A DNA stretch of 64,000 nt from Bacteroidota bacterium (GCA_038747545.1 JBCDJT010000002.1:25041-89040), one strand, 5' to 3'; shown: positions 36,942-45,548, numbered from the stretch's first letter. The notes: generated by a model not told the origin, from the sequence alone. Numbers and translations: made by a program.

Positions 36942-37811
36942 ATGCGCGTGCTCATTGCCTCCCTATTCGCTGTCACTATGCTCACGGCGTGCGATGCAAC
37001 CACGCCCATCGCCCCCGATGCGCCGTACACGCAGGCTGAGGTCGATGCGCTGGTAGCGCGATGGAATGAGGGTCAACCATCGTTCGGGGAAATCACGGCC
37101 ATGTACCTCGCAGCATTTGGACGGGGCGAAGTGCCTGAGTTTACGCACGAGAGCTCTCGCGACCACAACAGGGCTTTTATGGCGTCGATGGATCTAATGA
37201 TGAACTTGTACCACTGGTCTCGAGACGGATACGAAGCACTTCCGTCGGACCGCGCAGCAGCCTTCAAGGCTGGCGTTGAGCGTTTCACCGAGTCTCATGC
37301 TTTGGTGTTGCAAGATCGACCACACATTGCCGGCAGATTGGGCGAGCAGGCGTTGCAAGTAAGTCTGCACCCTCGGCACGAAGCCGTACTTCCCGATGCG
37401 TCAACCCGTTTGTACTATCTCCAACTCGCTTTGGAGTACGGCCCCATCCAAGAGTGGAGCGTCTGGACCTACCACCTCGAACAGCTGCAAGCGACTCACT
37501 GGCATAGTGCGGCTGACATGGCTCGGCGCGGCCTGATTCAGCTTGCCGCAAAGGAGCAAGCCTATTACGCTGAGGTCTCGCTCGCCAAGCGTTTCTACGG
37601 ATGGCTCATCAAGCACACACCCGAAAGCCTGCAGACACCACCGTCTGGCGATGAGGTAGACCCCGCTGATTGGGAGGACTTTCTCCACGAAATGGAGGAG
37701 CCATGGAGACCACATCAGCAGTTCAAGGTGGTAGAAGGCCAAGTTGAGCCCGATGCGTCCAGAACGGTCGATGTCACTGACATCCGCACCCGGCTGATGG
37801 CGCTGCTCTAG
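36942..37811 (+). CDS. Hypothetical lipoprotein (visibly lower GC3 than its neighbours)
   Basis: Lipobox MLTACD after MRVLIASLFAV. 289 aa, mostly helical-looking, no family recognised. Start trimmed from 36783 to ATG 36942. Confidence 0.55.
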   Translation: MRVLIASLFAVTMLTACDATTPIAPDAPYTQAEVDALVARWNEGQPSFGEITAMYLAAFGRGEVPEFTHESSRDHNRAFMASMDLMMNLYHWSRDGYEALPSDRAAAFKAGVERFTESHALVLQDRPHIAGRLGEQALQVSLHPRHEAVLPDASTRLYYLQLALEYGPIQEWSVWTYHLEQLQATHWHSAADMARRGLIQLAAKEQAYYAEVSLAKRFYGWLIKHTPESLQTPPSGDEVDPADWEDFLHEMEEPWRPHQQFKVVEGQVEPDASRTVDVTDIRTRLMALL

Positions 37812-37909
37812 CGGGCGCGGCGCACAGGTTTTCAGCGCAAGAAGGTGTATCTTGCGCAGCACAGGCGGAGGATCTTCCGACCTGAGACCTGTCGACCTTC
37901 GACCGCCCC

Positions 37910-38467
37910 ATGCACCGCTGGCTCAAACTCGCCAACTCCATCGACCGCTTCGCCGACCGGACGGGGCAGGCGGTGTACTGGCTGACGCTGGCGATGGTGC
38001 TGATTGGCGCGTTCAACGCGGTGGCGCGCTACCTGGACCGCTACACGGGCCTCGGCCTCAGCTCGAACGGCTACATCGAAGCGCAGTGGTACCTGTTCAG
38101 CCTCGTCTTCTTGCTGGCCGCTGCCTACACGCTGCGCCACGACGGGCACGTGCGCGTGGATGTGCTCTACGGGCGCCTCTCCAAGCGCGGGCAAGCGTGG
38201 ATCAACCTCTTGGGCACCGTGCTCTTCCTGATGCCGTTCTGCCTCGTCATGCTGTGGGTGTCGTGGCCTACGGTCGTCAATTCGTGGGCGGTCCTCGAAG
38301 TCTCGCCCGACCCCGGCGGCCTGCCGCGCTACCCCATCAAGACGATGATCCCGGTGGCGTTTCTGCTGCTGCTCATCCAGGCCACGTCGATGCTGATCCA
38401 TCAGGTGGCCGTGTTGCGCGGCGTAGCGCCTGCTGCCGAAGAACACAGCGCAGCGGTGGACCGTTAG
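37910..38467 (+). CDS. TRAP-transporter small permease subunit (DctQ-like), without adjacent DctM/DctP
   Basis: 185 aa with four predicted TM segments. IDRFADRTGQAVYWLTLAMVLIGAFNAVARY ... HVRVDVLY is typical of DctQ. Confidence 0.7.
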   Translation: MHRWLKLANSIDRFADRTGQAVYWLTLAMVLIGAFNAVARYLDRYTGLGLSSNGYIEAQWYLFSLVFLLAAAYTLRHDGHVRVDVLYGRLSKRGQAWINLLGTVLFLMPFCLVMLWVSWPTVVNSWAVLEVSPDPGGLPRYPIKTMIPVAFLLLLIQATSMLIHQVAVLRGVAPAAEEHSAAVDR

Positions 38468-38513
38468 CGCGCCTCACTTCGCTACATCCACCCTCCAACT
38501 CCGTCCGCAGGCT

Positions 38514-39263
38514 ATGGCAGGACATAATAAATGGTCGAAGATTAAGCGGCAGAAGGCCGTCACCGATGCGCGGCGCTCGAAGGCGTGGGCGCGCATCACC
38601 CGCGACATCATGGTGGCCGCGCGCGATGGCGGCGGCGACCCGAGCATGAACGCCAAGCTGGCCCTGGCGGTGGACAAGGCCAAGGGCGAGAACATGCCGA
38701 AGGACAACATCGAGCGCGCCATCAAGCGCGGCACGGGCGAGATCGAAGGCGCCGACTACGTGGAGATGACGTACGAGGGCTACGCCCCCGGCGGCATCGC
38801 GCTCTTCATCGACGCCCTCACCGACAACACCAACCGTACCGTGGCCGACATCCGCGCCATCCTTAACAAGGCAGGCGGCAGCCTGGGGCAGAGCGGTTCG
38901 GTGGCGTTTCAGTTTAACCGCAAGGGCATCTTCGACATCCCAGTGGGCGAGCATGACGAGATGGAGCTGTTCGAGCTCGTAGCCGAGGCGGGTGCCGAAG
39001 ACCTCGTGGCCGAAGACGACAGCTTCACTGTGACCACCGCGGTGGAGCACTTCGGCGACGTGCAGGCCGCGCTGAGCGAGGCGGGCGTAGAGGTAGAAGA
39101 GGCCAGCCTCCAGCAGATCCCCATCACCACCACCGCGCTGCCGACGAAGCAGGCGCAGACCGTCCTCGCCGTCATCGACAAACTCGAAGAGCATCAGGAC
39201 ATCCAAGCTGTCTTCTCTACGCTCGAAGTAGACGATGCGACCCTTGCTGAGCTAGACGCCTAG
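38514..39263 (+). CDS. yebC: YebC/PmpR-family DNA-binding transcriptional regulator
   Basis: MAGHNKWSKIKRQKAVTDARRSKAWARITRDI... is the canonical YebC N-terminus; 249 aa. Confidence 0.95.
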   Translation: MAGHNKWSKIKRQKAVTDARRSKAWARITRDIMVAARDGGGDPSMNAKLALAVDKAKGENMPKDNIERAIKRGTGEIEGADYVEMTYEGYAPGGIALFIDALTDNTNRTVADIRAILNKAGGSLGQSGSVAFQFNRKGIFDIPVGEHDEMELFELVAEAGAEDLVAEDDSFTVTTAVEHFGDVQAALSEAGVEVEEASLQQIPITTTALPTKQAQTVLAVIDKLEEHQDIQAVFSTLEVDDATLAELDA

Positions 39264-39306
39264 CGATCACCACCCGCTGCCTCTCCATCGTCAATCCCTA
39301 ACCGCC

Positions 39307-39852
39307 ATGATTGTCCTCGGCGTTGACCCTGGCTCCCGCGTAACGGGCTATGGCGTTATCCAGATCGTCAAGGGGCAAGAGCAGTTGGTGGAGTACGGCG
39401 TGCTCAAGCTCGATGTGCAGAAGAGCCACCAGTGGCGGCTGAAGCAGGTGTACGACCGACTGCTCAGCGTCATCGACCGCTGCCTCCCCGACGCGTGTGC
39501 TGTGGAGATGCCCGTCTACGGCAAGAACCCGCAGTCGATGCTCAAGCTGGCGCGTGTGCAGGCCGTGGCGATGCTGGCCGCGCTCAACCGAGAGATCCCC
39601 GTAGTGGAGTACACGCCGAAGGAGGTCAAGAAGTCGGCCACGGGCAAGGGCAACGCCAGCAAGGAGCAGGTGTGGTACATGACCCGCGCCGTGCTCAATA
39701 TCACCGACGAGCCCGAAAAGGTCATGTTCGATGCCTCCGATGCGCTCGCCGTGGCACTCTGCCACGCCCACCGGGGCGCCAAGGGCAAGACGCCGCAGCA
39801 CGACAGCTGGGACAGCTTCCTCAGCGCCAACCAGCACCGCATTATTGGGTGA
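39307..39852 (+). CDS. ruvC: Crossover junction endodeoxyribonuclease RuvC
   Basis: MIVLGVDPGSRVTGYGVI...AVEMPVYGKNPQSMLKLARVQ...DASDALAVALCH. The yebC-ruvC linkage is widely conserved. Confidence 0.95.
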   Translation: MIVLGVDPGSRVTGYGVIQIVKGQEQLVEYGVLKLDVQKSHQWRLKQVYDRLLSVIDRCLPDACAVEMPVYGKNPQSMLKLARVQAVAMLAALNREIPVVEYTPKEVKKSATGKGNASKEQVWYMTRAVLNITDEPEKVMFDASDALAVALCHAHRGAKGKTPQHDSWDSFLSANQHRIIG

Positions 39853-39946
39853 TTGCAAGGTGAGCGTAAGACGTACATGATCCGATCCTGACGGCGATCT
39901 CGCTTACTGGACAGATTCGTTTCCAGCAATCTATCCGGTCACGCGC

Positions 39947-42900
39947 GTGCGCATCGTTACCCTGCTCAGCCTCCTGCTCCTCGCTGCCAGCCCCGCCTGG
40001 GCACAGGACGGCGCGTTAGACACCGCCTTCGACGGCGACGGCATCGCCACCATCGACGTAGCCGCTAGCTCGGTCTTCGCCTATGGCGGCGGCACCACGG
40101 CATCGGGGCAGTATGTGGTGTGCGGCGATGTGTTTCTCTCAGGCCGCCCCACCACCAACGGCACGGACATGGCGTTTGCGCGCTTCAACGCCGATGGCTC
40201 AGCGGACACCAACTTCGGCACCGACGGCGTGGCGATCATCGACTTGGGCGGCAACGAACGCGCCGACGACTGCGCGATAGACAGCAGCGGCCGCATCTAC
40301 GCCGTCAGCATCAGCGGCGAGGTGGGCGTGCGCGATGTGATTGTGGCCCGCCTCACGGCCAGCGGAAGCCTCGACACCTCGTTCGACACTGACGGATGGC
40401 TGGCGATCAACGGCGGGTTCTCGGAGGTCGCCAACCGCATTGTGGTCCAGCCCGACGGCAAAGTGCTCGTGGGGGGGCGCGCTGAGGACAACTTCAACAG
40501 AGGCGTGATGCTGTTTCGCCTGAACGCAGACGGTACGCTTGACACGTCTTTCGACGGCGATGGCTTCCTCCGCACGCTGATTCCCTCCAGCACCGGGTTC
40601 AACGACCTCTACGATCTGCTTGTGGACAGCAGCGGCCGGATCATGGCGGTAGGCGTAGCGTCGGGGCAGCTCTTGGTCCTCCGGTACGCGGCCAACGGCG
40701 CGCCAGACACTGGCTTTGGGTCTAACGGCATCGCCCGAATCGATCTGCCCGGCTCCTCAGATCCTGGCCACGCCATCGGGGTCGATAGCCAAGGGCGCTA
40801 CCTCATCGCCGGATACACCAATGCCAGCAACGACCCGTACGTGCTGCGCCTCCTCAGCAATGGCAGCATCGACAGCGCGTTCAACGGGGGCAACCCGCGC
40901 GTCATCGATTGGGCGAGCAGCAACGCGTTTCCCGAGCCGCGTGTGATCGTGCAGCAGAACGACGAAGCCATCGTGACCGGGTGGGCGCAGAACAACAGCA
41001 ACCTCTTCCTGAGTCGCGTCACGACGTCGGGCGCGCTGGACACCAGCTTTGGTACGGGCGGGACGCAGACCATCGGCACAGGATTTACGTTTTACCGGAT
41101 GGGCACCGCCTTCGTCGATGTGGGCAATCGGATTGCCATCATGGGGGTAGGACGGCAAAGTAACGGGACCTACGCCTATGCGGCCACGCGACACCTATAC
41201 AGCGGCGTATCGACCACCACGGTGGACCTCGAACTAGGCAGCGCCGCCCAGGGTGACAACCCCGAGGTGAGCACGGACGGTACGCTGGTATTCACCCTCA
41301 CCAACGGCGGTGCGCTCACGGCGACGAACGTCACGGTGGGCATCACGCTCCCCAGCGGCCTCGCCCACCAGAGCAACAGCGGCGGCTACGCCCCCGACAC
41401 GGGCGTGTGGACCGTGGCCTCGCTCGCCCCCGGCGCCTCGGCAACGCTGACGCTGACCGTGCGGCGCACCCAAAACGGCACGCAAACCGTGACCGCCGAG
41501 GTCACCGCCGTCACCCAGACCGACTTCGACTCGACGCCCAACAACGGCAACACGGGCGAGGACGACTACACCTCGCTGACGCTCGGCGCCGTCTCCAGCA
41601 CGTTGCGCTATGCGCTGCGCCTGGACGGCGATGGCGACTACGTGGACTTAGGGTCGAGAACCCTCAGCGGCTCGGCGATCACGCTGGAGGCATGGGTCAA
41701 CGTGGCCAGCTTCCCGGCCGCCAACCAGATAGCCACGATTGTGGGAACCGAAATCTCGACAGGCAACAAAGCCATCCTGCGCATCGGCGACTTTGGGGTG
41801 GAGAGTAACCGCGTGCAGTTCCTGCTGGGCTTCGGGGGCTCCGATGCGCGGCTCGACGCCACCCTCCTGCTCTCCGCCGACAGGTGGCACCATGTGGCAG
41901 GCGTGTACGATGGCAGCACTATGCGGATCTACATCGACGGTCAGGCAGCGGGCTCGGTCTTTCAGACGGGCACTTTCAACGCGTCAGGCAATCTCCGCAT
42001 CGGCCAGTCGGTGGACGGCCGCTACCTCAACGGCACAGTTGACGAGGTACGCATCTGGACATCGGCGCGCTCACAGGCCGACATCCAGGGCGCCATGCAC
42101 AGCGTGTTCGGCTCGGCGCCCACGGGCCTCGCCAATTACTGGCGGCTGGACGAAGGCACAGGCACGACCACATCGGATGCAGGCTCGCGAGGCTGGAACG
42201 GCGACCTCAAAGGCAATGCGCAGTGGGTGGAGGCCTCTTCGCCGCTGGGCAACAGCAGCGCGTATGCGGCTAGCACTACGGCGACCACTGTGGGCGCCAG
42301 CGGGAGACAGGTGCAGGTAACGTTGGCCAACAGCCCAGCGCCCGGCGGCGGCAACACCCTCGGCGTATACACCTACGGCGCCGACAGCCGCACCACGGGC
42401 GAGACCTTCCCTACAGGCGTCACCGCCCGATCAGGCGTCATCTGGGGCTTCGCCGAGCGCGGCACTGTGAGTGCCAACCTCGTCTTCGACTTCGGCGGCC
42501 TGAACGCCATCAACAAAGCCACGGCCCGGCTGCTCAAGCGCGATACGCCGACTAGCGCGTGGGCCGATGACTCGGGCAACTGTACCTACAACGGCACGGC
42601 CAACACGTTCACCTGCGCCAATGTCACCAGCTTCAGCGAGTACAGCATCGGCGAGGCCGAGACGGCGCTCCCGGTTGAACTTACCGCGTTCACCGCAGCG
42701 CTCGACGGCTCGGCAGCCGTGCTGACGTGGCAGACGGCGAGCGAGACGAACAACGCGGGCTTCTCCGTGGAGATGCAAGCCGCCAATGCAGCGCCGTGGA
42801 CCACGCTGGGCTTCGTGGAGGGCAGCGGCACCACGCTGGAGCGCCAGCGCTACCAGTACCGCCACGCGCTGCCCGTCAGCGGGTCGTATGCGTTTCGTCT

Positions 42901-43231
42901 CAAGCAGATCGACTACGACGGCACCTTCGCCTACTCGCCCATCGTGGAACTGACCACGTTACCTGAGGCAGCGCTCGTCGTGCATCCGGCGTATCCCAAT
43001 CCGGTCCACGACCTCGCGACGCTGACTGTCGAGGTCGGGCTCGGCGCCTCCGCCACGGTCGCGGTGTACGACGTGCTCGGGCGCCAAGTGAAAGTCGTTC
43101 ACCACGGCGACCTGACCGCCCAGGCGCATCGCCTGCAGGTGGATGTGACAGGCCTGGCCGCCGGGCTGTATGTCCTTCGTACCACCGTCGGCCAGCACGA
43201 GCACGCCCAGCCGCTGATGGTGACGCGGTAG
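39947..43231 (+). CDS. Large T9SS-secreted protein: delta-60-type repeats + DUF11-like domain + LamG/concanavalin-like domain + T9SS C-terminal sorting domain
   Basis: GTG start with a signal peptide. Seven DT.FD.DG-type repeats. DUF11-like ...LTLTVRR...DSTPNNGNTGEDDY. LamG-like LRLDGDGDYVDLG...EAWVN...WHHVAGVYDG...VDEVRIW. C-terminus AYPNPVHDLATLTV...VAVYDVLGRQV...LAAGLYVLR. Confidence 0.85.
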   Translation: MRIVTLLSLLLLAASPAWAQDGALDTAFDGDGIATIDVAASSVFAYGGGTTASGQYVVCGDVFLSGRPTTNGTDMAFARFNADGSADTNFGTDGVAIIDLGGNERADDCAIDSSGRIYAVSISGEVGVRDVIVARLTASGSLDTSFDTDGWLAINGGFSEVANRIVVQPDGKVLVGGRAEDNFNRGVMLFRLNADGTLDTSFDGDGFLRTLIPSSTGFNDLYDLLVDSSGRIMAVGVASGQLLVLRYAANGAPDTGFGSNGIARIDLPGSSDPGHAIGVDSQGRYLIAGYTNASNDPYVLRLLSNGSIDSAFNGGNPRVIDWASSNAFPEPRVIVQQNDEAIVTGWAQNNSNLFLSRVTTSGALDTSFGTGGTQTIGTGFTFYRMGTAFVDVGNRIAIMGVGRQSNGTYAYAATRHLYSGVSTTTVDLELGSAAQGDNPEVSTDGTLVFTLTNGGALTATNVTVGITLPSGLAHQSNSGGYAPDTGVWTVASLAPGASATLTLTVRRTQNGTQTVTAEVTAVTQTDFDSTPNNGNTGEDDYTSLTLGAVSSTLRYALRLDGDGDYVDLGSRTLSGSAITLEAWVNVASFPAANQIATIVGTEISTGNKAILRIGDFGVESNRVQFLLGFGGSDARLDATLLLSADRWHHVAGVYDGSTMRIYIDGQAAGSVFQTGTFNASGNLRIGQSVDGRYLNGTVDEVRIWTSARSQADIQGAMHSVFGSAPTGLANYWRLDEGTGTTTSDAGSRGWNGDLKGNAQWVEASSPLGNSSAYAASTTATTVGASGRQVQVTLANSPAPGGGNTLGVYTYGADSRTTGETFPTGVTARSGVIWGFAERGTVSANLVFDFGGLNAINKATARLLKRDTPTSAWADDSGNCTYNGTANTFTCANVTSFSEYSIGEAETALPVELTAFTAALDGSAAVLTWQTASETNNAGFSVEMQAANAAPWTTLGFVEGSGTTLERQRYQYRHALPVSGSYAFRLKQIDYDGTFAYSPIVELTTLPEAALVVHPAYPNPVHDLATLTVEVGLGASATVAVYDVLGRQVKVVHHGDLTAQAHRLQVDVTGLAAGLYVLRTTVGQHEHAQPLMVTR

Positions 43232-43268
43232 TGCTGGCGTTCTGGCCACATCGATCCAGGATCGCTCC

Positions 43269-43595
43269 TCAAGCGCGGAAGACGGAGAGCTGCTGTCCTT
43301 TGGCAGCATAGCCAGCCGCCTCCGTGATGGCTGCTGCGAACGGGCGGATCGCAGGGTAGGTAAATGGATGAATGTGCAGAAAGACCAAGCCGATAGAGTA
43401 CGCTGCCAAGCCCTGCTGAAAACCGACGCCGCGATCTGCCGTGATGAGCACCCTGAAGTCGGCTTGAGCGGCCGCTGCCATGAGATCACCGTTGTCCAGG
43501 TTGTTCCACCCCATGTAGTGTGTGGTGGAAACGTCGAGGGGAGCCAGGTCTAGCCGCAGTCTGTGCGGCACGTTGTGGTCCAGCAGCACCTTCAT
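43269..43595 (-). CDS. DUF5615-family PIN-like putative toxin
   Basis: MKVLLDHNVPHRLRLDL...DNGDLMAAAAQADFRVLITADRG. ATGA overlap with the upstream DUF433 gene at 43592-43595. Confidence 0.7.
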   Translation of the reverse strand: MKVLLDHNVPHRLRLDLAPLDVSTTHYMGWNNLDNGDLMAAAAQADFRVLITADRGVGFQQGLAAYSIGLVFLHIHPFTYPAIRPFAAAITEAAGYAAKGQQLSVFRA

Positions 43596-43804
43596 GCGGC
43601 CCGGTCTGCCGTGCGCTTGCGCAAGTCGTGCAGGAAGGCATGCACGAGAGCCCGGTCAATGTCGAAATCGTCCAGAAAGGCATCCACGCTGGCGCCCGAC
43701 TCTAGGTAGTCGAACAGGATCGCAACGGGAATGCGCGTCCCTGCGAAGACGGGCTCGCCTCCTAGCTTATTCGGGTTGACCTCAACGGGATCTATGATGT
43801 CCAC
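43592..43804 (-). CDS. DUF433-family putative antitoxin
   Basis: 70 aa. KLGGEPVFAGTRIPVAILFDYLESGASVDAFLDDF is the DUF433 signature. Confidence 0.75.
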   Translation of the reverse strand: MDIIDPVEVNPNKLGGEPVFAGTRIPVAILFDYLESGASVDAFLDDFDIDRALVHAFLHDLRKRTADRAA

Positions 43805-43874
43805 GGTTCCGCAAGTTTGTGCGCGAGCAAGTACCGTGAGGTGCGGATGCGGGTTTCGGAAAGGCGAATGCTGC

Positions 43875-44744
43875 TTACTGACGTTGTCCGCGCACCGTGA
43901 TGCTCAGCAGGGCGTTCCCTGACGCTCTGAAGGTACGCACCTCGCCGCGGTCTACGCTGGCGGGCAGGGCCTCGTCGGGCACGTCGATGGCGCGGGAGGC
44001 GACGACCTCCACATTGGTGAAGCCTACTTCGCGCAGGAGGTCGAGGTAGCGGCTGTGCGGAATAGCGCCTGCCACGCAGCCCGCGTGCAGCTCCAGCGAG
44101 CGCTGGATGCTGGGCGGGAGTGTGCCTTTCACCACGATGTCGGAGACGCAGAAATGGCCGCCGGGCTTGAGCACGCGGTGCATCTCGGCAAAGGCTGCGG
44201 CCTTGTCGGGGACGAGGTTGAGCACGCAGTTGCTGATCACCACGTCCACGCTGGCGTCGCGCACAGGCAGGTGCTCGATCTCGCCCAGCCGAAACGCGAC
44301 ATTGCCATAGCCTAGATCGGCGGTGTTGGCGCGGGCGCGGTCGATCATGGCAGGCGTCATGTCCACGCCGATCAGCTGGCCGCTCTCGCCGACGATGGTG
44401 CGGGCGATGAACAGGTCGAGACCCGCCCCCGAGCCTAAGTCGAGGACGGTTTGGCCGGGCTCTAGGCCCGCATGTTCGGTGGGCACGCCGCAGCCCAACT
44501 TGAGGTCGCCGGTAGCGGTGTAGCCGTCCACGGTGGCATACGCGTCGCCGATCATGTCACTGACGCCGCCGTCGCAGCAGGCAGGACCGCAGCCACAGCC
44601 AGGCTCAGGCGCTGCCTCGGCGATAGCCGCGTACGTTTCGCGCACGGTAGCTCGGATTGTCTCAGCCGAGGAAGCCGGAGCCAATGTTTCGGGGGTGCAG
44701 CACGTGGGACCGCAGCAGGTACTCGGTTCGGGTGTGGTCATCAT
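43875..44744 (-). CDS. arsM: Arsenite S-adenosylmethionine methyltransferase
   Basis: N-terminal Cys-rich CCGPTCC. LGCGVPTEHAGLEPGQTVLDLGSGAGLD, ISNCVLNLVPDK and ELHAGCVAGA match ArsM conserved-cysteine and SAM motifs. ATG 44744 gives an ATGA overlap with the arsR stop; the track uses GTG 44750. Confidence 0.85.
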   Translation of the reverse strand: MMTTPEPSTCCGPTCCTPETLAPASSAETIRATVRETYAAIAEAAPEPGCGCGPACCDGGVSDMIGDAYATVDGYTATGDLKLGCGVPTEHAGLEPGQTVLDLGSGAGLDLFIARTIVGESGQLIGVDMTPAMIDRARANTADLGYGNVAFRLGEIEHLPVRDASVDVVISNCVLNLVPDKAAAFAEMHRVLKPGGHFCVSDIVVKGTLPPSIQRSLELHAGCVAGAIPHSRYLDLLREVGFTNVEVVASRAIDVPDEALPASVDRGEVRTFRASGNALLSITVRGQRQ

Positions 44745-45091
44745 GAACACGTAGAATCAGGTGAAGAGGAACAGCAGTCGGGGCCGAGGCCAGCAAACAG
44801 GACGGCAAGCGCACGTTGCGCCTTAGCGAGCGTGGCCGGATTGAGGCAATAGCACGAGCGCGGCCCGTCGATGTGGCCTTGGACGAAGCCCGCTTGCTTG
44901 AGCGCCTTGAGGTGTTGCGAGACGGTGGCCTGCGCCAGCGGCAGGTCGTCCACAATCTCGCCGCAGATGCAGGTGCCGCGCTCCGCCAACACGCGCAAGA
45001 TGGCGACGCGAGCCGGATGCCCAAGCGCTTTGGCCCAGGCGGCGAGTTCGACATCGGATGGGGCGAAGGCTGTGGATATAGTGCGAGGCAT
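44741..45091 (-). CDS. arsR: ArsR/SmtB-family metalloregulator
   Basis: LAAWAKALGHPARVAILRVLAERGTCICGEIVDDLPLAQATVSQHLKALKQAGFV is an ArsR wHTH, with a Cys-rich tail. Start trimmed to ATG 45091. Confidence 0.85.
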   Translation of the reverse strand: MPRTISTAFAPSDVELAAWAKALGHPARVAILRVLAERGTCICGEIVDDLPLAQATVSQHLKALKQAGFVQGHIDGPRSCYCLNPATLAKAQRALAVLFAGLGPDCCSSSPDSTCS

Positions 45092-45093
45092 AT

Positions 45094-45138
45094 CAGCTCG
45101 TTTTATCGTATATCGCAAATATACGATAAAACGAGCTG
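45094..45138. promoter_or_regulatory. Perfect 20-5-20 AT-rich palindrome 3 nt upstream of the arsR start (candidate operator/promoter or 5' hairpin)
   Basis: cagctcgttttatcgtatat-cgcaa-atatacgataaaacgagctg, read directly. The arms are exact reverse complements. Confidence 0.5.
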
Positions 45139-45151
45139 GCAGACCAATTCT

Positions 45152-45309
45152 GAAATTTCATAGTGCAGCACACCGTCTAAATTTGTCATCCCGAGCGAAG
45201 CCGAGGGATCTCCCCCGATCTCGTTTTGCACAACTTCAAAGTGGGAGATCCCTCGGCTCCGGCCTGTGGCCTCTGCTCGGGATGACAACCTTGATCGCAC
45301 AATCATCTC
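45152..45309. repeat. Nested-hairpin repeat element, family B, long form
   Basis: gaaatttcatagtgcagcacaccgtctaaattt-[gtcatcccgagc...[gagggatctccc...gggagatccctc]...gctcgggatgac]-aaccttgatcgcacaatcatctc. The termini match the short copy at 18498-18581 (inverted). Confidence 0.8.
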
Positions 45310-45403
45310 CCCGAACTGGTATCACTGTGTACCCTCTGCACGAAAAAAGTGTACGAGAACACCAGCGCTGGCGATTTCGGGGGCAGCGCTGCGCCTTCTG
45401 CTG

Positions 45404-45548
45404 CCATCCTGAGCGGAGCCGAGCGGGCTAGGCACACCCCAGGTAGATCTCCCCTGATTACGGATGGCAACACCTCAAGGTGGGAGATCCTTCGGCTACA
45501 GCCCGGCGGGCCTTCGCTCAGGATGACACCTTTGATCGCATAAGCATC
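45404..45548. repeat. Nested-hairpin repeat element, family B, diverged tandem copy lacking the left terminus
   Basis: ccatcctgagcgg...agatctccc...gggagatccttcgg...cgctcaggatgac-acctttgatcgcataagcatc has the same nested architecture as 45184-45309 at lower identity. Confidence 0.65.

Noticed and set aside
37832-38649. ORFs 37832..38446 - (204 aa) and 37852..38649 + (265 aa) overlapping the DctQ-like gene
   Set aside because: Their translations are Arg/His/Pro/Gly-rich without motifs. The 37910..38467 frame gives a coherent four-TM DctQ-like protein.
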